Of a DNA stretch of 64,000 bases, positions 29,321 to 39,469 are shown one piece after another. The position numbers were made by a program, and so were the translations under genes. Source of the DNA: Clostridiales bacterium (lineage in GTDB: Bacteria > Bacillota > Clostridia > Lachnospirales > JAQSXR01); the NCBI GenBank assembly GCA_029256575.1, contig JAQSXR010000004.1, positions 2,514 through 66,513 of the forward strand, in the 5' to 3' direction. Each line of letters starts with the position of its first letter. Within the stretch, counting starts at the first letter, position 1. The notes under the pieces are model-generated. The model saw nothing but the letters and a program-made list of their open reading frames with translations. It was not told the DNA's origin and did not search any database.

Positions 29321-29400
29321 ATTATAATATCGTGATATAAGAAGGACCGTCCCCATTGTATCATAGTGATACAAAAAGAACCGTCCCCATTGTATCACTT
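29308..29400. repeat. Three tandem 34-bp units containing CCGTCCCCATTGTATCA..GTGATA
   Basis: Units begin at 29308, 29342 and 29376. Each carries an internal short inverted repeat (TATCA/TGATA). Confidence 0.9.
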
Positions 29401-29407
29401 GTTTTAT

Positions 29408-31174
29408 TTATTCCATGTTTTCATTATACATACTATAAAGAGCATGGTATATTCCTTGTTTTTCAAATAATTCTTTATGGCTACCTTGTTCTTCAATTCC
29501 TTTTTCGGTAAGTACTAATATTATATCTGCATTTCTAATGGTTGTTAATCTATGTGCGATCGTAAATGTTGTTCTTCCCTTTGCTAAATCTTCAAGTGAT
29601 TGTTGAACGATACGTTCACTTTCGTTGTCAAGTGCTGACGTTGCCTCATCTAAGATTAAGATAGGTGGGTTTTTCAGGAAAACTCTCGCTATACTAATAC
29701 GTTGTTTTTGGCCACCGGATAATCGTACCCCTCGCTCGCCAACATACGTATCATATCCATCTGGTAGTTGCATTATGAACTCATGTGCCCCTGCAAGTTT
29801 TGCAGATTTTATTATATCTTCCATCGAAGCCCCTGGCATTCCATATTCTATATTTTCATAGACTGTTCCAGCAAATAGATAAACGTCCTGTTGTACTACT
29901 CCAATATTTTTTCTTAGAGATTCTAGTGTCAAATGTCTAATATCTATATTATCAACTTTAATTGCTCCCTCTGTTACATCGTAAAAACGTGGAATCAAGC
30001 TACATAGGGTTGTTTTACCTCCACCAGAAGGACCTACTAAAGCTATATTATCTCCTGCTTTTACTTTTAGTTTGATTTCTGATAGAACATTTACATCATC
30101 TTCATTATAGTGAAAACTAACATTATCAAATTCAATATCTCCCTTAACATCTTTGAGATCAATTGCATCATCCGCATTCTTTATATCAATTGGTACTTCC
30201 ATAATTTCTTGAAATCTTTCAATTCCTGTCATTCCACGTTGAAATTGTTCTGTAAATTCTACAATTCTACGAATTGAATTAAGCAATGTTGTAATGTATA
30301 GCAAATATGCTATTAGTTCTGCTGGTGTTATTTTCTTCTCTTTCATAAATAATGCACCTGCAACCACAACCGCTATATACATAACTCCATCAAATATTCT
30401 AGTAGTACTATGGAATCCTGCCATAGCTCTATATGCTCTCTTTTTAATATTTAGGAAACCAAGATTTCCTTTTTTAAATTTCTCTTCTTCAATGCTTTCA
30501 TTTGCAAATGATTTTACAACTCTTATTCCAAGTAAATTGTCTTCAACTTGTGCATTTATTTCCCCTACTTGATGCCTAGAATCCTTAAACGCATCCCTCA
30601 TCCTCTTGTTAAAGAGCCTTGATGATATTAACATTAATGGTAATATTGCAAATACAATTAAAGTTAACCAAATATTCATAGTTGATAAAATAATAAATGA
30701 TGCAACTATCTTAATCCCTGCAATAAAAAATTCTTCTGGGCAATGATGTGCAAATTCTGTTACCTCAAATAAGTCGCTCGTAATTCTAGCCATTACTTGC
30801 CCTACTTTAGCATTATCATAATATGAATATGATAATTTTTGTAAGTGCCCGAATAATGCAGTTCTCATATCCGTTTCAATTCTACTACCCATAATATGTC
30901 CAACTGAACTCATGTAGTAATTTGCGGCCATATCAATTATTCTTAACACTACATATACCATACCTATCGTTAATATAATCCTTACTGTTAACCCCTCTAA
31001 ATTATTCATTCCCATATCGGTAATATATCTAACTATAAGGGGTAAAATCAATTCACAGATGGTCGTTAATGCTGCACAAAAAAGATCAAAAACTAGTATC
31101 CATTTATACGGTTTAAAGTATGGGATAAAGTGTTTTATCAATTTAACACTGCTTGTTTTTTTCGTCTTACTCAT
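29408..31174 (-). CDS. ABC exporter, fused permease/ATPase (MsbA/MdlB-like)
   Basis: 588 aa. 6-TM domain, Walker A GPSGGGKT, signature LSGGQKQR, Walker B ILILDEATS. Confidence 0.9.
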   Translation of the reverse strand: MSKTKKTSSVKLIKHFIPYFKPYKWILVFDLFCAALTTICELILPLIVRYITDMGMNNLEGLTVRIILTIGMVYVVLRIIDMAANYYMSSVGHIMGSRIETDMRTALFGHLQKLSYSYYDNAKVGQVMARITSDLFEVTEFAHHCPEEFFIAGIKIVASFIILSTMNIWLTLIVFAILPLMLISSRLFNKRMRDAFKDSRHQVGEINAQVEDNLLGIRVVKSFANESIEEEKFKKGNLGFLNIKKRAYRAMAGFHSTTRIFDGVMYIAVVVAGALFMKEKKITPAELIAYLLYITTLLNSIRRIVEFTEQFQRGMTGIERFQEIMEVPIDIKNADDAIDLKDVKGDIEFDNVSFHYNEDDVNVLSEIKLKVKAGDNIALVGPSGGGKTTLCSLIPRFYDVTEGAIKVDNIDIRHLTLESLRKNIGVVQQDVYLFAGTVYENIEYGMPGASMEDIIKSAKLAGAHEFIMQLPDGYDTYVGERGVRLSGGQKQRISIARVFLKNPPILILDEATSALDNESERIVQQSLEDLAKGRTTFTIAHRLTTIRNADIILVLTEKGIEEQGSHKELFEKQGIYHALYSMYNENME

Positions 31175-31258
31175 CTTATGTTCACTCTCTTTCTTTCAAA
31201 TCAATAACTAAAATTATAACAGGTTCATAATAAATTTTCTATAGTATCAAATAATAAT

Positions 31259-31294
31259 CCCACTAATACTTTCCCTTAACGGAAGTATAGTGGG
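31259..31294 (-). terminator. Stem-loop downstream of nrdG
   Basis: CCCACTAATACTTTCC-cttaac-GGAAGTATAGTGGG. Confidence 0.6.
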
Positions 31295-31326
31295 TTAAAT
31301 TACGTGAATATCAAATGGTTCGTTTT

Positions 31327-31827
31327 TTATCCTTTTAATAAAATAACTTCTTTGTTTTGAAGTGACTTTTGAACATCTATAATTCTTTGATTGCTACTAC
31401 CTCTAAATTGTAATCTTATATCTTTCAGTTCCTCAACAAATCTTCCATCAACTAGTACATCTACTTGTTCTATTAACTTTCTTCGTTTATTATCTTCCAC
31501 TATTTCTTCAAATGTGTAGCCTGAATATAACCATACTGTTTTGCCCGACTCTGTTCTTACTCTCTTTAATAAATTGAGAAGATCATCATCTTGAACTTGT
31601 TGCATCGGCTCACCACCTAGTATAGTCACTCCTCGAACATTATCATCTAATACATATTGCATGAATTCATTTTCCACTTCATTCGTCCACTTTATCCCAT
31701 ATGTAAAATCTTGATATTCCTTATTGAAGCATCCCTCACAGTTGTGAGTACAGCCCGATACAAATAAAGATGTTCTAACTCCGGTACCATTTGCTATATC
31801 ATATTTTCTCATTTGAGCATAACGCAT
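31327..31827 (-). CDS. nrdG: Anaerobic ribonucleotide reductase activating protein (radical SAM)
   Basis: MRYAQMRKYDIANGTGVR.SLFVSGCTHNCEGCFN. Likely start is the ATG at 31827. Confidence 0.9.
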   Translation of the reverse strand: MRYAQMRKYDIANGTGVRTSLFVSGCTHNCEGCFNKEYQDFTYGIKWTNEVENEFMQYVLDDNVRGVTILGGEPMQQVQDDDLLNLLKRVRTESGKTVWLYSGYTFEEIVEDNKRRKLIEQVDVLVDGRFVEELKDIRLQFRGSSNQRIIDVQKSLQNKEVILLKG

Positions 31828-31874
31828 ATAAATCCTTCTTCCCAACAATCAAGGTAAGTCTTAAATTACAATCT

Positions 31875-33995
31875 TTATAGATGTAGAACTCTACTCTTAA
31901 TTTCTTGTGTCTTTCCTTTATTCCAATAATTGTCTCCTAAATAACCACATGTTCTTCTTATAACATTCATTTTGTCTTGATCTTTATTATGACAAACTGG
32001 ACATTCCCACTCAAGATCATCATTGATTAGTATTTCACCATCATATCCACATTCATGGCAATTATCTGATTTTGTATTAAATTCAGCATATTGAATATTG
32101 TGATAAATATAATTTACTATTTGTCTAAGTGCTTCAATGTTATGGTTCATATTGGGAATCTCAATATAAGATATACAACCTCCGGTAGATATTGGTTGGA
32201 ATTGACTTTCAAATTTTAACTTTGTAAACGCATCAATTTGTTCACGTACATCAACATGATAACTATTTGTATAATATCCCTTGTCTGTAATATCTTCTAT
32301 ATCACCAAACTTTGCCTTATCTATCTTAGCAAATCTATAGCAAAGTGATTCTGCTGGACTACCGTATACCGCAAATCCAATCCCTGTTTCAGCTTTCCAC
32401 TTTTTCGTTACTTCTTTTAACTTATTCATTACCTGTAGTGCAAATTCTTCGCCCTTACCTCCAACATGAGATTCTCCTGTCATAAGTTTCGTAACTTCAT
32501 AAACACCAATATATCCTAAAGATATCGTTGAATAACCATCCATTAAAAGTTTGTCTATTACTTCACCTTTTTCAAGTCGTGCAATTGCACCATGTTGCCA
32601 ATGGATTGGTGCTTCATCTGATAATGTTCCTTTTAAAGCATTATGTCTGCACATTAAAGCTTCATAACAAAGGTCTAATCGATTCTCAAGCAATTCCCAA
32701 AACTTATCTTCATTGCCTTTTGCTATTATTCCTATTTGAGGTAGGTTAATACTTACTACTCCTTGATTAAATCTACCCTCAAACTTATAATTTCCGTTTT
32801 CATCTTTCCATGGCGATAAGAAACTTCTGCATCCCATACACGAAAAAATATTTCCCTCATATATCTTTGCCATCTCTTTAGCTGATATATAATCTGGATA
32901 AAGTCTCTTAGCACTACATTGTACTGCCATCTCAGTTACATAGTCATACTTCCCACCCTCTAAGTTATTATACTCATGAAGTACATAGATAAGCTTAGGG
33001 AAAGTTGGTGTTGTAAACACTCCTACTTCATTCTTTATGCCCGTGATTCTTTGTTTAAGAATCTCTTCAACAATAGCTGCAACCTCTTCAACATACTCAT
33101 CATTTTCAGCTATATTTAAGAAAAGTGTTACAAATGGGCTTTGTCCGTTTGTCGTAAGTAATGTATTAATTTGATATTGAATTGTTTGAACACCTGACTC
33201 TAACTCCTTTTTCGTGAGTCGATCAACTGCTTTATCTAGTTCAGCCTTATCAGATATTGTTTCCTTTAACATGTTGTAGTATTTTTCTCTACTTCTTCTT
33301 AAATACTTTCCAAGATGTCTGATGTCAACTGATTGACCACCATATTGACTACTAGCAACTTGTGCAATTATTTGAGTCACTACTGTACACGCTACTTGAA
33401 AGCTCTTTGGACTCTCAATCATACGTTTATTAATTACTGTTCCGTTATCAAGCATATCTTTCATGTTAATAAGGCAACAGTTAAACATTGACTGCATAAA
33501 ATAATCCATATCGTGAAAATGTAGTACCCCCTCATCATGGGCTTGTACAATTCTAGCTGGCAATAGTTTTCTTCTCGTTATATCCTTCGATACTTCTCCT
33601 GCTATTAAATCTCTTTGCGTTGAAGCCATCATTGCATTTTTATTTGAATTTTCTCTTATAACATCTTCATTTGTCATATCAATCAAGCCTAAAATACTAT
33701 CATCCGTAGTATTTGTTTCTCTTTTAAATGACTGAATTGATCGATATCCTTCATAAGCTCTTGCTGTAAGTTCATGTCCATTCTCAATTAATTTCAAATA
33801 TACATAAGTTTCAATTTGAAAAATGGTCGGCCTAGCGTTTAATTTCGATACAATATCCTTTATTTCATTTGCAATTTTATCAGCTATCTGCTCATCAACT
33901 GATCCACTTCCATATCTCATTGCCTTTACAATTGCATTGTAAATTTTTCTTTCATTAAACTCAACTACATTACCATCTCTTTTAATTATGTTCAT
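31875..33995 (-). CDS. nrdD: Anaerobic ribonucleoside-triphosphate reductase
   Basis: 706 aa. N-terminal ATP-cone, C-terminal Zn-ribbon CHECG...CPVC, and glycyl-radical motif RTCGYLG. Confidence 0.95.
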   Translation of the reverse strand: MNIIKRDGNVVEFNERKIYNAIVKAMRYGSGSVDEQIADKIANEIKDIVSKLNARPTIFQIETYVYLKLIENGHELTARAYEGYRSIQSFKRETNTTDDSILGLIDMTNEDVIRENSNKNAMMASTQRDLIAGEVSKDITRRKLLPARIVQAHDEGVLHFHDMDYFMQSMFNCCLINMKDMLDNGTVINKRMIESPKSFQVACTVVTQIIAQVASSQYGGQSVDIRHLGKYLRRSREKYYNMLKETISDKAELDKAVDRLTKKELESGVQTIQYQINTLLTTNGQSPFVTLFLNIAENDEYVEEVAAIVEEILKQRITGIKNEVGVFTTPTFPKLIYVLHEYNNLEGGKYDYVTEMAVQCSAKRLYPDYISAKEMAKIYEGNIFSCMGCRSFLSPWKDENGNYKFEGRFNQGVVSINLPQIGIIAKGNEDKFWELLENRLDLCYEALMCRHNALKGTLSDEAPIHWQHGAIARLEKGEVIDKLLMDGYSTISLGYIGVYEVTKLMTGESHVGGKGEEFALQVMNKLKEVTKKWKAETGIGFAVYGSPAESLCYRFAKIDKAKFGDIEDITDKGYYTNSYHVDVREQIDAFTKLKFESQFQPISTGGCISYIEIPNMNHNIEALRQIVNYIYHNIQYAEFNTKSDNCHECGYDGEILINDDLEWECPVCHNKDQDKMNVIRRTCGYLGDNYWNKGKTQEIKSRVLHL

Positions 33996-34085
33996 CTTTT
34001 ATTACCTGCCTACCATTTTATTTTCTTTCATTTTAAGTTCATTATCTTAATAATACCATTTCTATTGTGGTTTGTCTACATCAAC

Positions 34086-34131
34086 ACACAATATATAGTG
34101 TCCAAAAAATAGTATATACACTATTATTTTT
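34086..34131. promoter_or_regulatory. NrdR operator(s) upstream of nrdD
   Basis: ACACAATATATAGTGT (34086-34101) closely matches the 16-bp NrdR-box palindrome acaCwAtATaTwGtgt. A second, weaker box overlaps 34109-34131. Confidence 0.65.
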
Positions 34132-34241
34132 ATTAGTTTTGCCTACTTTGTCAATCAGTTTTATCTCATGAATTTATATTTTTAGAATATGTACAACTTT
34201 CTCGCATACTCTATATATATAATAAACGTGTAGGTGATGAA

Positions 34242-35378
34242 ATGATTATACATATTGTCAAATCCGGAGAAACACTAAGTTCAATATCTCAAATTTATAC
34301 GATACCTGAAAGTACGATTATAGAACTAAATTCAATTAGACCACCAAACAAGCTTATAACTGGTCAAGCACTACTAATTCAGACTTCTTCCATATCAGCG
34401 GATAAGCTTCCTTCTCTTCAAATCAATGGATATAGCTATTCAAAATATGATAAATCTATAATAAATAAAACGTTACCCTATTTAACTTACTTAACTATAT
34501 TCGGATATCGAATTACCTCGGATGGTTCTGTATCCAATGTCGATGATGAAGAACTCATCATGTTATGCAAAGAAAATGGAGTCGCTCCAATCATGTTTCT
34601 TAGTACAATAAACGCAACTGGCTCTTTCAGTAGTAAAAGTGCAAGTATTCTATTAAATGATCTAAGTATACAGAATAATTTAATTGAATCTGTTATTAAT
34701 AAAATGATAATCAAAGGATATCGTGCCCTCAATATAGATTTTGGTTTTATACCTACTTTTTACCGACAAAACTACATAGATTTTATTATAAATCTCAAAA
34801 ATGCTCTAGAACCATTAGATTACGAAGTGATTGTAGGCATTCCCCCTAGGACTATTATTCAACAAACTAATATTATTTTCAACAACCAAAATTATACTAG
34901 AATTGATAATATAGCAAATATATTTAGTATATTAGAATATGAATGGGGTCACACATATGGACCACCCAAAGCAGTTTGTCCAATTACGAAGCTTCAAAAA
35001 GTCACAGACTATGCATTAACTTTATTACCTCCATCCAAAACAAGCCTAGGAATTCAAAATACAGGGAATGATTGGATCCTTCCGTACAAACTATATACTG
35101 CCGCAAAATCATTATCAAATCAAGATGCCCTTGATATTGCAAAAAGGTATGGAAGCATAATAAATTATGATACCACTGCACAGGCACCATACTTTACTTA
35201 TAATGATAATACTGATCGTACTCATATAGTATGGTTTGAGGATGTTAGGAGCATTGAAGCTAAATTAAACCTAGTAAATGAATACAATTTAGGTGGTATT
35301 GCAATTTGGAATATAGAACGAGTTATTCCACAGTTCTGGGAAATACTAAATTCTATATTTAAAATAGAAAAGATATAA
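34242..35378 (+). CDS. LysM + GH18-like domain protein (YaaH/SleL-type spore peptidoglycan hydrolase family)
   Basis: N-terminal LysM (HIVKSGETLSSISQIYTI......LN). TIM-barrel GH18-like remainder ending GGIAIWNIE. The DxxDxDxE position reads YRALNIDFG. Confidence 0.75.
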   Translation: MIIHIVKSGETLSSISQIYTIPESTIIELNSIRPPNKLITGQALLIQTSSISADKLPSLQINGYSYSKYDKSIINKTLPYLTYLTIFGYRITSDGSVSNVDDEELIMLCKENGVAPIMFLSTINATGSFSSKSASILLNDLSIQNNLIESVINKMIIKGYRALNIDFGFIPTFYRQNYIDFIINLKNALEPLDYEVIVGIPPRTIIQQTNIIFNNQNYTRIDNIANIFSILEYEWGHTYGPPKAVCPITKLQKVTDYALTLLPPSKTSLGIQNTGNDWILPYKLYTAAKSLSNQDALDIAKRYGSIINYDTTAQAPYFTYNDNTDRTHIVWFEDVRSIEAKLNLVNEYNLGGIAIWNIERVIPQFWEILNSIFKIEKI

Positions 35379-35434
35379 TAAAGGGCTGCTCTATAGCAGT
35401 TCTTTATTATATCTTTTATTTTATATGAAAAAAT

Positions 35435-36427
35435 CTATAATGATATCTCTCCTACATAATTACTCTGAAAAATATCTCTAACCTTATTAGGGTCCTGGGT
35501 CATCCCTAACGTCCACATCAACTTTGTAACAGCAGCCTCTGTCGTCATATCATACCCTTGAATTACACCTGTATCCAAAGCTTTCTTCCCTGTTTGATAA
35601 ATTGAAAAATCACTTCGTTCATACAAACATTGACTGCATACAACAACGCTAATCCCATTATCTACTATTTTTTGTAGTTTTGATATTAGGTCCCTTCTAA
35701 TAAAGTGCAAACCACCCGCTCCAAAGGCTTCAATTACGATTCCCTTATAATTCATTTGAAGTAACATATCAAATATCTCAGGATTTAATCCAGGAGTTAA
35801 TTTTATTAGAAAAACATCCTTGCATATTTTATTTTCAAAGCTAAAATCTCCAGATAATTTTGGAAGTATATCATAGTTCACCTTAAAACCTGTTGAGTCA
35901 ATTGTAGCGACATACGGAACATTTACACTCTCGAATGCATCAAATCCTGTTGTTCGAACTTTAACAGCTCTAGTTCCTAACATTACTTTTCTATTAAAAG
36001 CTACGAAAACACCCGCATTACCGGAAGAAGCCATGGCAAATGCACATCTTAAGTTTTCCATTCCATCCGTTAATGGGTCAGATAATGGTAATTGAGATCC
36101 CGTAATAACAACTGGAATTGGAATGTTTTGTAGCATAAAAGATAAAATTGAAGACGTATATGCCATAGTATCAGTACCATGAGTAAGCACGATTCCATCA
36201 TACTTCATATAACTTAGTGCAATATTATTTCCTATTTGTATCCATTCCTCTGGCTGTATATTAGAACTGTCTAAGCTAAATAATTCTTGTACTGTTATTA
36301 TATAGTTCGCATTTATTCCGCTCAAGCGATTTCTTAACTCGCTGTTATTGCTTTCAGGAACCAATCCCTCTTCGGTAGATATTGAGGCTATAGTCCCCCC
36401 AGTAGTTATTAGTAATATCTTCTTCAT
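35435..36427 (-). CDS. ansA: L-asparaginase, type I
   Basis: 330 aa. KKILLITTGGTIAS and HGTDTMAYT. Confidence 0.9.
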   Translation of the reverse strand: MKKILLITTGGTIASISTEEGLVPESNNSELRNRLSGINANYIITVQELFSLDSSNIQPEEWIQIGNNIALSYMKYDGIVLTHGTDTMAYTSSILSFMLQNIPIPVVITGSQLPLSDPLTDGMENLRCAFAMASSGNAGVFVAFNRKVMLGTRAVKVRTTGFDAFESVNVPYVATIDSTGFKVNYDILPKLSGDFSFENKICKDVFLIKLTPGLNPEIFDMLLQMNYKGIVIEAFGAGGLHFIRRDLISKLQKIVDNGISVVVCSQCLYERSDFSIYQTGKKALDTGVIQGYDMTTEAAVTKLMWTLGMTQDPNKVRDIFQSNYVGEISL

Positions 36428-36497
36428 GTTTAACTCATCATCCTTTAAAAATATTTAATCTTTATTTATCTTATCAGTTCCTTGTCCATTTGTCATT

Positions 36498-36534
36498 AAA
36501 AAAAGAAAGAGTTAGTCGACACACTAACTCTTTC
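36498..36534 (-). terminator. Rho-independent terminator of adhE
   Basis: GAAAGAGTTAGT...ACTAACTCTTTC followed by T7 on the minus strand. Confidence 0.8.
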
Positions 36535-36557
36535 ACTTAATTCCCCTTTATTTCAAC

Positions 36558-39188
36558 CTATTTCCCGTAATAAGCCTTAAGGTACATTGCCTTAATTTCA
36601 CTCATTAATGGGTATCTTGGATTAGCGCCTGTACATTGGTCATCAAATGCTTGTTCAACCATTTCATCAAGTGTATCTAAGAATTTCTTTTCATCAACTC
36701 CTGCATCCTTAATCGTATTTGGAATGTTGATTTTCGCTTTTAATTCATCTATTTTTACTAATAATTTATCAAATTTTTCTTTATCTGTTTTTCCTTCAAT
36801 GTTAAGGAATGAAGCACACTCAGCATATCTTTCAAGTGTATGTGGGTATTGGTATTGTGAGAATGTACCCATCTTCTTTGGACATTCATCTGCATTAAAT
36901 AACATAACTTCTTTTATAAGTAATGCATTTGCTACACCGTGAGGTAAGTGGTGGAAAGCACCTAATTTATGAGCCATTGAGTGACAAACTCCAAGGAAAG
37001 CATTTGCGAAAGCCATACCAGCCATTGTTGAAGCATCTGCCATTTTTTCTCTAGCGATTGAGTCATTTGCACCATTTTCATAAGCTCTTGGAAGATATTC
37101 AAAAATATTCTTTAATGCTTTTAGTGCAAGGCCGTCTGTGTAATCAGTTGCAAGCATTGCTGCATAAGCTTCTAATGCGTGAGTCATAGCATCAATTCCA
37201 GAAGCAGATGTTAATCCTTTTGGCATATTCATCATTAAGTTTGCATCAACAATTGCCATATTAGGCATTAATTCATAATCAGCTAGTGGATATTTAACTC
37301 CTGAAGTTTCATCTGTTATTACTGCGAATGGAGTTACTTCTGAACCAGTACCTGCTGATGTAGGGATAGCTATAAAGTATGCTTTTTCGCCCATTTTAGG
37401 GAAAGTATATACTCTCTTTCTAATATCCATAAATCTCATTGCAATGTCCATAAAATCTACTTCTGGATGTTCATATAGTGTCCACATAATCTTAGCAGCA
37501 TCCATTGCACTACCACCACCAACTGCGATAATACAATCAGGTTGGAAATCAGTCATAGCTTTTGCGCCTTCTTTTGCACAAGCTAATGTTGGATCTGGAG
37601 CTACATCATAAAATGTATAATGTTTAACGCCCATTGTATCTAATTGATCTGTAATTGCTTTTGTATATCCATTATTGTAAAGATAAGAGTCAGTAACGAT
37701 AAATGCTCTTTTCTTACCTAATACGTCTTTTACTTCTTGAAGAGCAACACCTAAACAACCTTTTTTAAAATAAACCTTTTGAGGTGTTCTAAACCAAAGC
37801 ATATTTTCTCTCCTTTCAGCAACCGTTTTAATATTTATTAAATGTTTTACTCCAACGTTTTCAGAAACTGAATTTCCACCCCATGATCCACAACCTAATG
37901 TTAGTGATGGTGCAAGTTTGAAGTTATAAAGGTCTCCGATTCCACCGTGTGATGAAGGTGTATTAATTAATATTCTACAAGTTTTCATTGCTGCAGAAAA
38001 TTGATCTATTTTATCTTTTTCAGTAATTGCATTTAAATAGATTGATGATGTATGTCCATATCCGCCGTCTGCAACAAGTGTAGCTGCTTTTTCAACTGCA
38101 TCGTTAAAGTTTTTAGCTTTGTACATTGCAAGAACTGGAGATAATTTTTCGTGAGCGAATTGTTCGTCAAGTTCAACTGATTCAACTTCACCAATTAATA
38201 TCTTAGCTGCTTCTGGAACTTCAAAGCCTGCTAATTTAGCAATTGTATAAGCACTTTGTCCAACTATCTTCGCATTTAATGCTCCGTTAATTATGATTAC
38301 TTCTCTTACTTTTTGTGTCTCTTCTTTATTTAATAAATAACATCCACGAAGAATAAGTTCTTTTTTAACTTCTGCATATATTTTATCTAAAACTATGATT
38401 GATTGTTCTGATGCACAAATCATACCATTGTCAAATGTCTTAGATACAATAATTGAGCTTACTGCAAGCTTGATGTCAGCTGTGTCATCAATAATTGCTG
38501 GAGTGTTACCTGCTCCAACGCCTAGTGCTGGTTTACCTGATGAGTAAGCTGCCTTAACCATACCTGGACCACCTGTTGCTAAGATAATATCTGCACTTCT
38601 CATTACTTCGTTTGTAAGTTCAAGTGAAGGAACATCAATCCAACCAATAATTCCTTCTGGAGCTCCAGCTGCAACTGCTGCATCAAGTACTATTTTCGCA
38701 GCTGCTATTGTTGAATCTTTTGCTCTTGGGTGAGGACTAAAGATAATTGCATTTCTTGTCTTTAATGCTATTAAAGATTTAAAAATTGCAGTAGAAGTTG
38801 GATTTGTAGTTGGAATAACTGCAGCGATTAAACCGATTGGTTCCGCAATTTTCTTAATACCAAATGCTGCATCTTCTTCTAAAACACCACAAGTTTTTGT
38901 ATCTTTGTACGCATTATATATATATTCAGAAGCATAATGATTTTTAATAACTTTATCCTCAACGATACCCATACCTGTTTCTTTTACAGCCATTTTTGCT
39001 AGAGGAATTCTTTGTTTATTTGCTGCTGTTGCTGCAGCTAAGAATATTTTATCTACTTGTTCTTGTGTAAAAGTAGCAAATATTTTTTGTGCTTCTCTGA
39101 TTTCATTCATCTTTGTTACTAAAGCTTCAACGCTATCTACAACTAAACTACTGTTTTGTTTTCCTAATTTAAGATCTTTATTTGCCAT
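36558..39188 (-). CDS. adhE: Bifunctional acetaldehyde-CoA/alcohol dehydrogenase
   Basis: 876 aa. N-terminal ALDH domain and C-terminal iron-ADH domain (GGGSAMDAAK, HSMAHKLG). Confidence 0.96.
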   Translation of the reverse strand: MANKDLKLGKQNSSLVVDSVEALVTKMNEIREAQKIFATFTQEQVDKIFLAAATAANKQRIPLAKMAVKETGMGIVEDKVIKNHYASEYIYNAYKDTKTCGVLEEDAAFGIKKIAEPIGLIAAVIPTTNPTSTAIFKSLIALKTRNAIIFSPHPRAKDSTIAAAKIVLDAAVAAGAPEGIIGWIDVPSLELTNEVMRSADIILATGGPGMVKAAYSSGKPALGVGAGNTPAIIDDTADIKLAVSSIIVSKTFDNGMICASEQSIIVLDKIYAEVKKELILRGCYLLNKEETQKVREVIIINGALNAKIVGQSAYTIAKLAGFEVPEAAKILIGEVESVELDEQFAHEKLSPVLAMYKAKNFNDAVEKAATLVADGGYGHTSSIYLNAITEKDKIDQFSAAMKTCRILINTPSSHGGIGDLYNFKLAPSLTLGCGSWGGNSVSENVGVKHLINIKTVAERRENMLWFRTPQKVYFKKGCLGVALQEVKDVLGKKRAFIVTDSYLYNNGYTKAITDQLDTMGVKHYTFYDVAPDPTLACAKEGAKAMTDFQPDCIIAVGGGSAMDAAKIMWTLYEHPEVDFMDIAMRFMDIRKRVYTFPKMGEKAYFIAIPTSAGTGSEVTPFAVITDETSGVKYPLADYELMPNMAIVDANLMMNMPKGLTSASGIDAMTHALEAYAAMLATDYTDGLALKALKNIFEYLPRAYENGANDSIAREKMADASTMAGMAFANAFLGVCHSMAHKLGAFHHLPHGVANALLIKEVMLFNADECPKKMGTFSQYQYPHTLERYAECASFLNIEGKTDKEKFDKLLVKIDELKAKINIPNTIKDAGVDEKKFLDTLDEMVEQAFDDQCTGANPRYPLMSEIKAMYLKAYYGK

Positions 39189-39260
39189 ACTATTATCCTC
39201 CTGTTTTTAGAGCCAATCAATAAAGATTGATAATGTTTTAACAATTCGAATTATAAGTCA

Positions 39261-39278
39261 TTGTTAATATTTTGTCAA
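39261..39278. promoter_or_regulatory. Possible Rex operator upstream of adhE
   Basis: TTGTTAATATTTTGTCAA versus the clostridial Rex consensus TTGTTAANNNNTTAACAA. Left half is perfect; right half has 2 mismatches. Confidence 0.3.
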
Positions 39279-39340
39279 TCTTATTTATTGCAAATAATTT
39301 TTGTCTTATAATAATTTGCTGTTTTTTGTATAAAACAGAT

Positions 39341-39388
39341 GAGCAATGTAGCTAAATTCTCTCTTTCAGAACTTAACTACATTGCTCA
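39341..39388 (-). terminator. Stem-loop downstream of the ABC-2 operon
   Basis: GAGCAATGTAG...CTACATTGCTC, with an 11-bp stem. Confidence 0.55.
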
Positions 39389-39469
39389 ATTTACACATAT
39401 AATTCTTACCTTTGCTAAATAAATTATAAATTTTCACAAAACAACTTCAAAACAATACAAATATTTTAG

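Noticed and set aside
23343-29400. Possible CRISPR arrays (the 19-bp array at 23343-23450 and the 34-bp units at 29308-29400)
   Set aside because: The repeats are contiguous with no unique spacers. The units are short or degenerate, and there are no cas genes in the window.
34185-34212. Sigma-E-type promoter (GAATATG-13 nt-CATACTCT) upstream of the LysM-GH18 gene
   Set aside because: It is suggestive, because yaaH is sigma-E dependent in B. subtilis. But the spacing is one short of the consensus and the -35 is imperfect. That is too weak to list as a feature.
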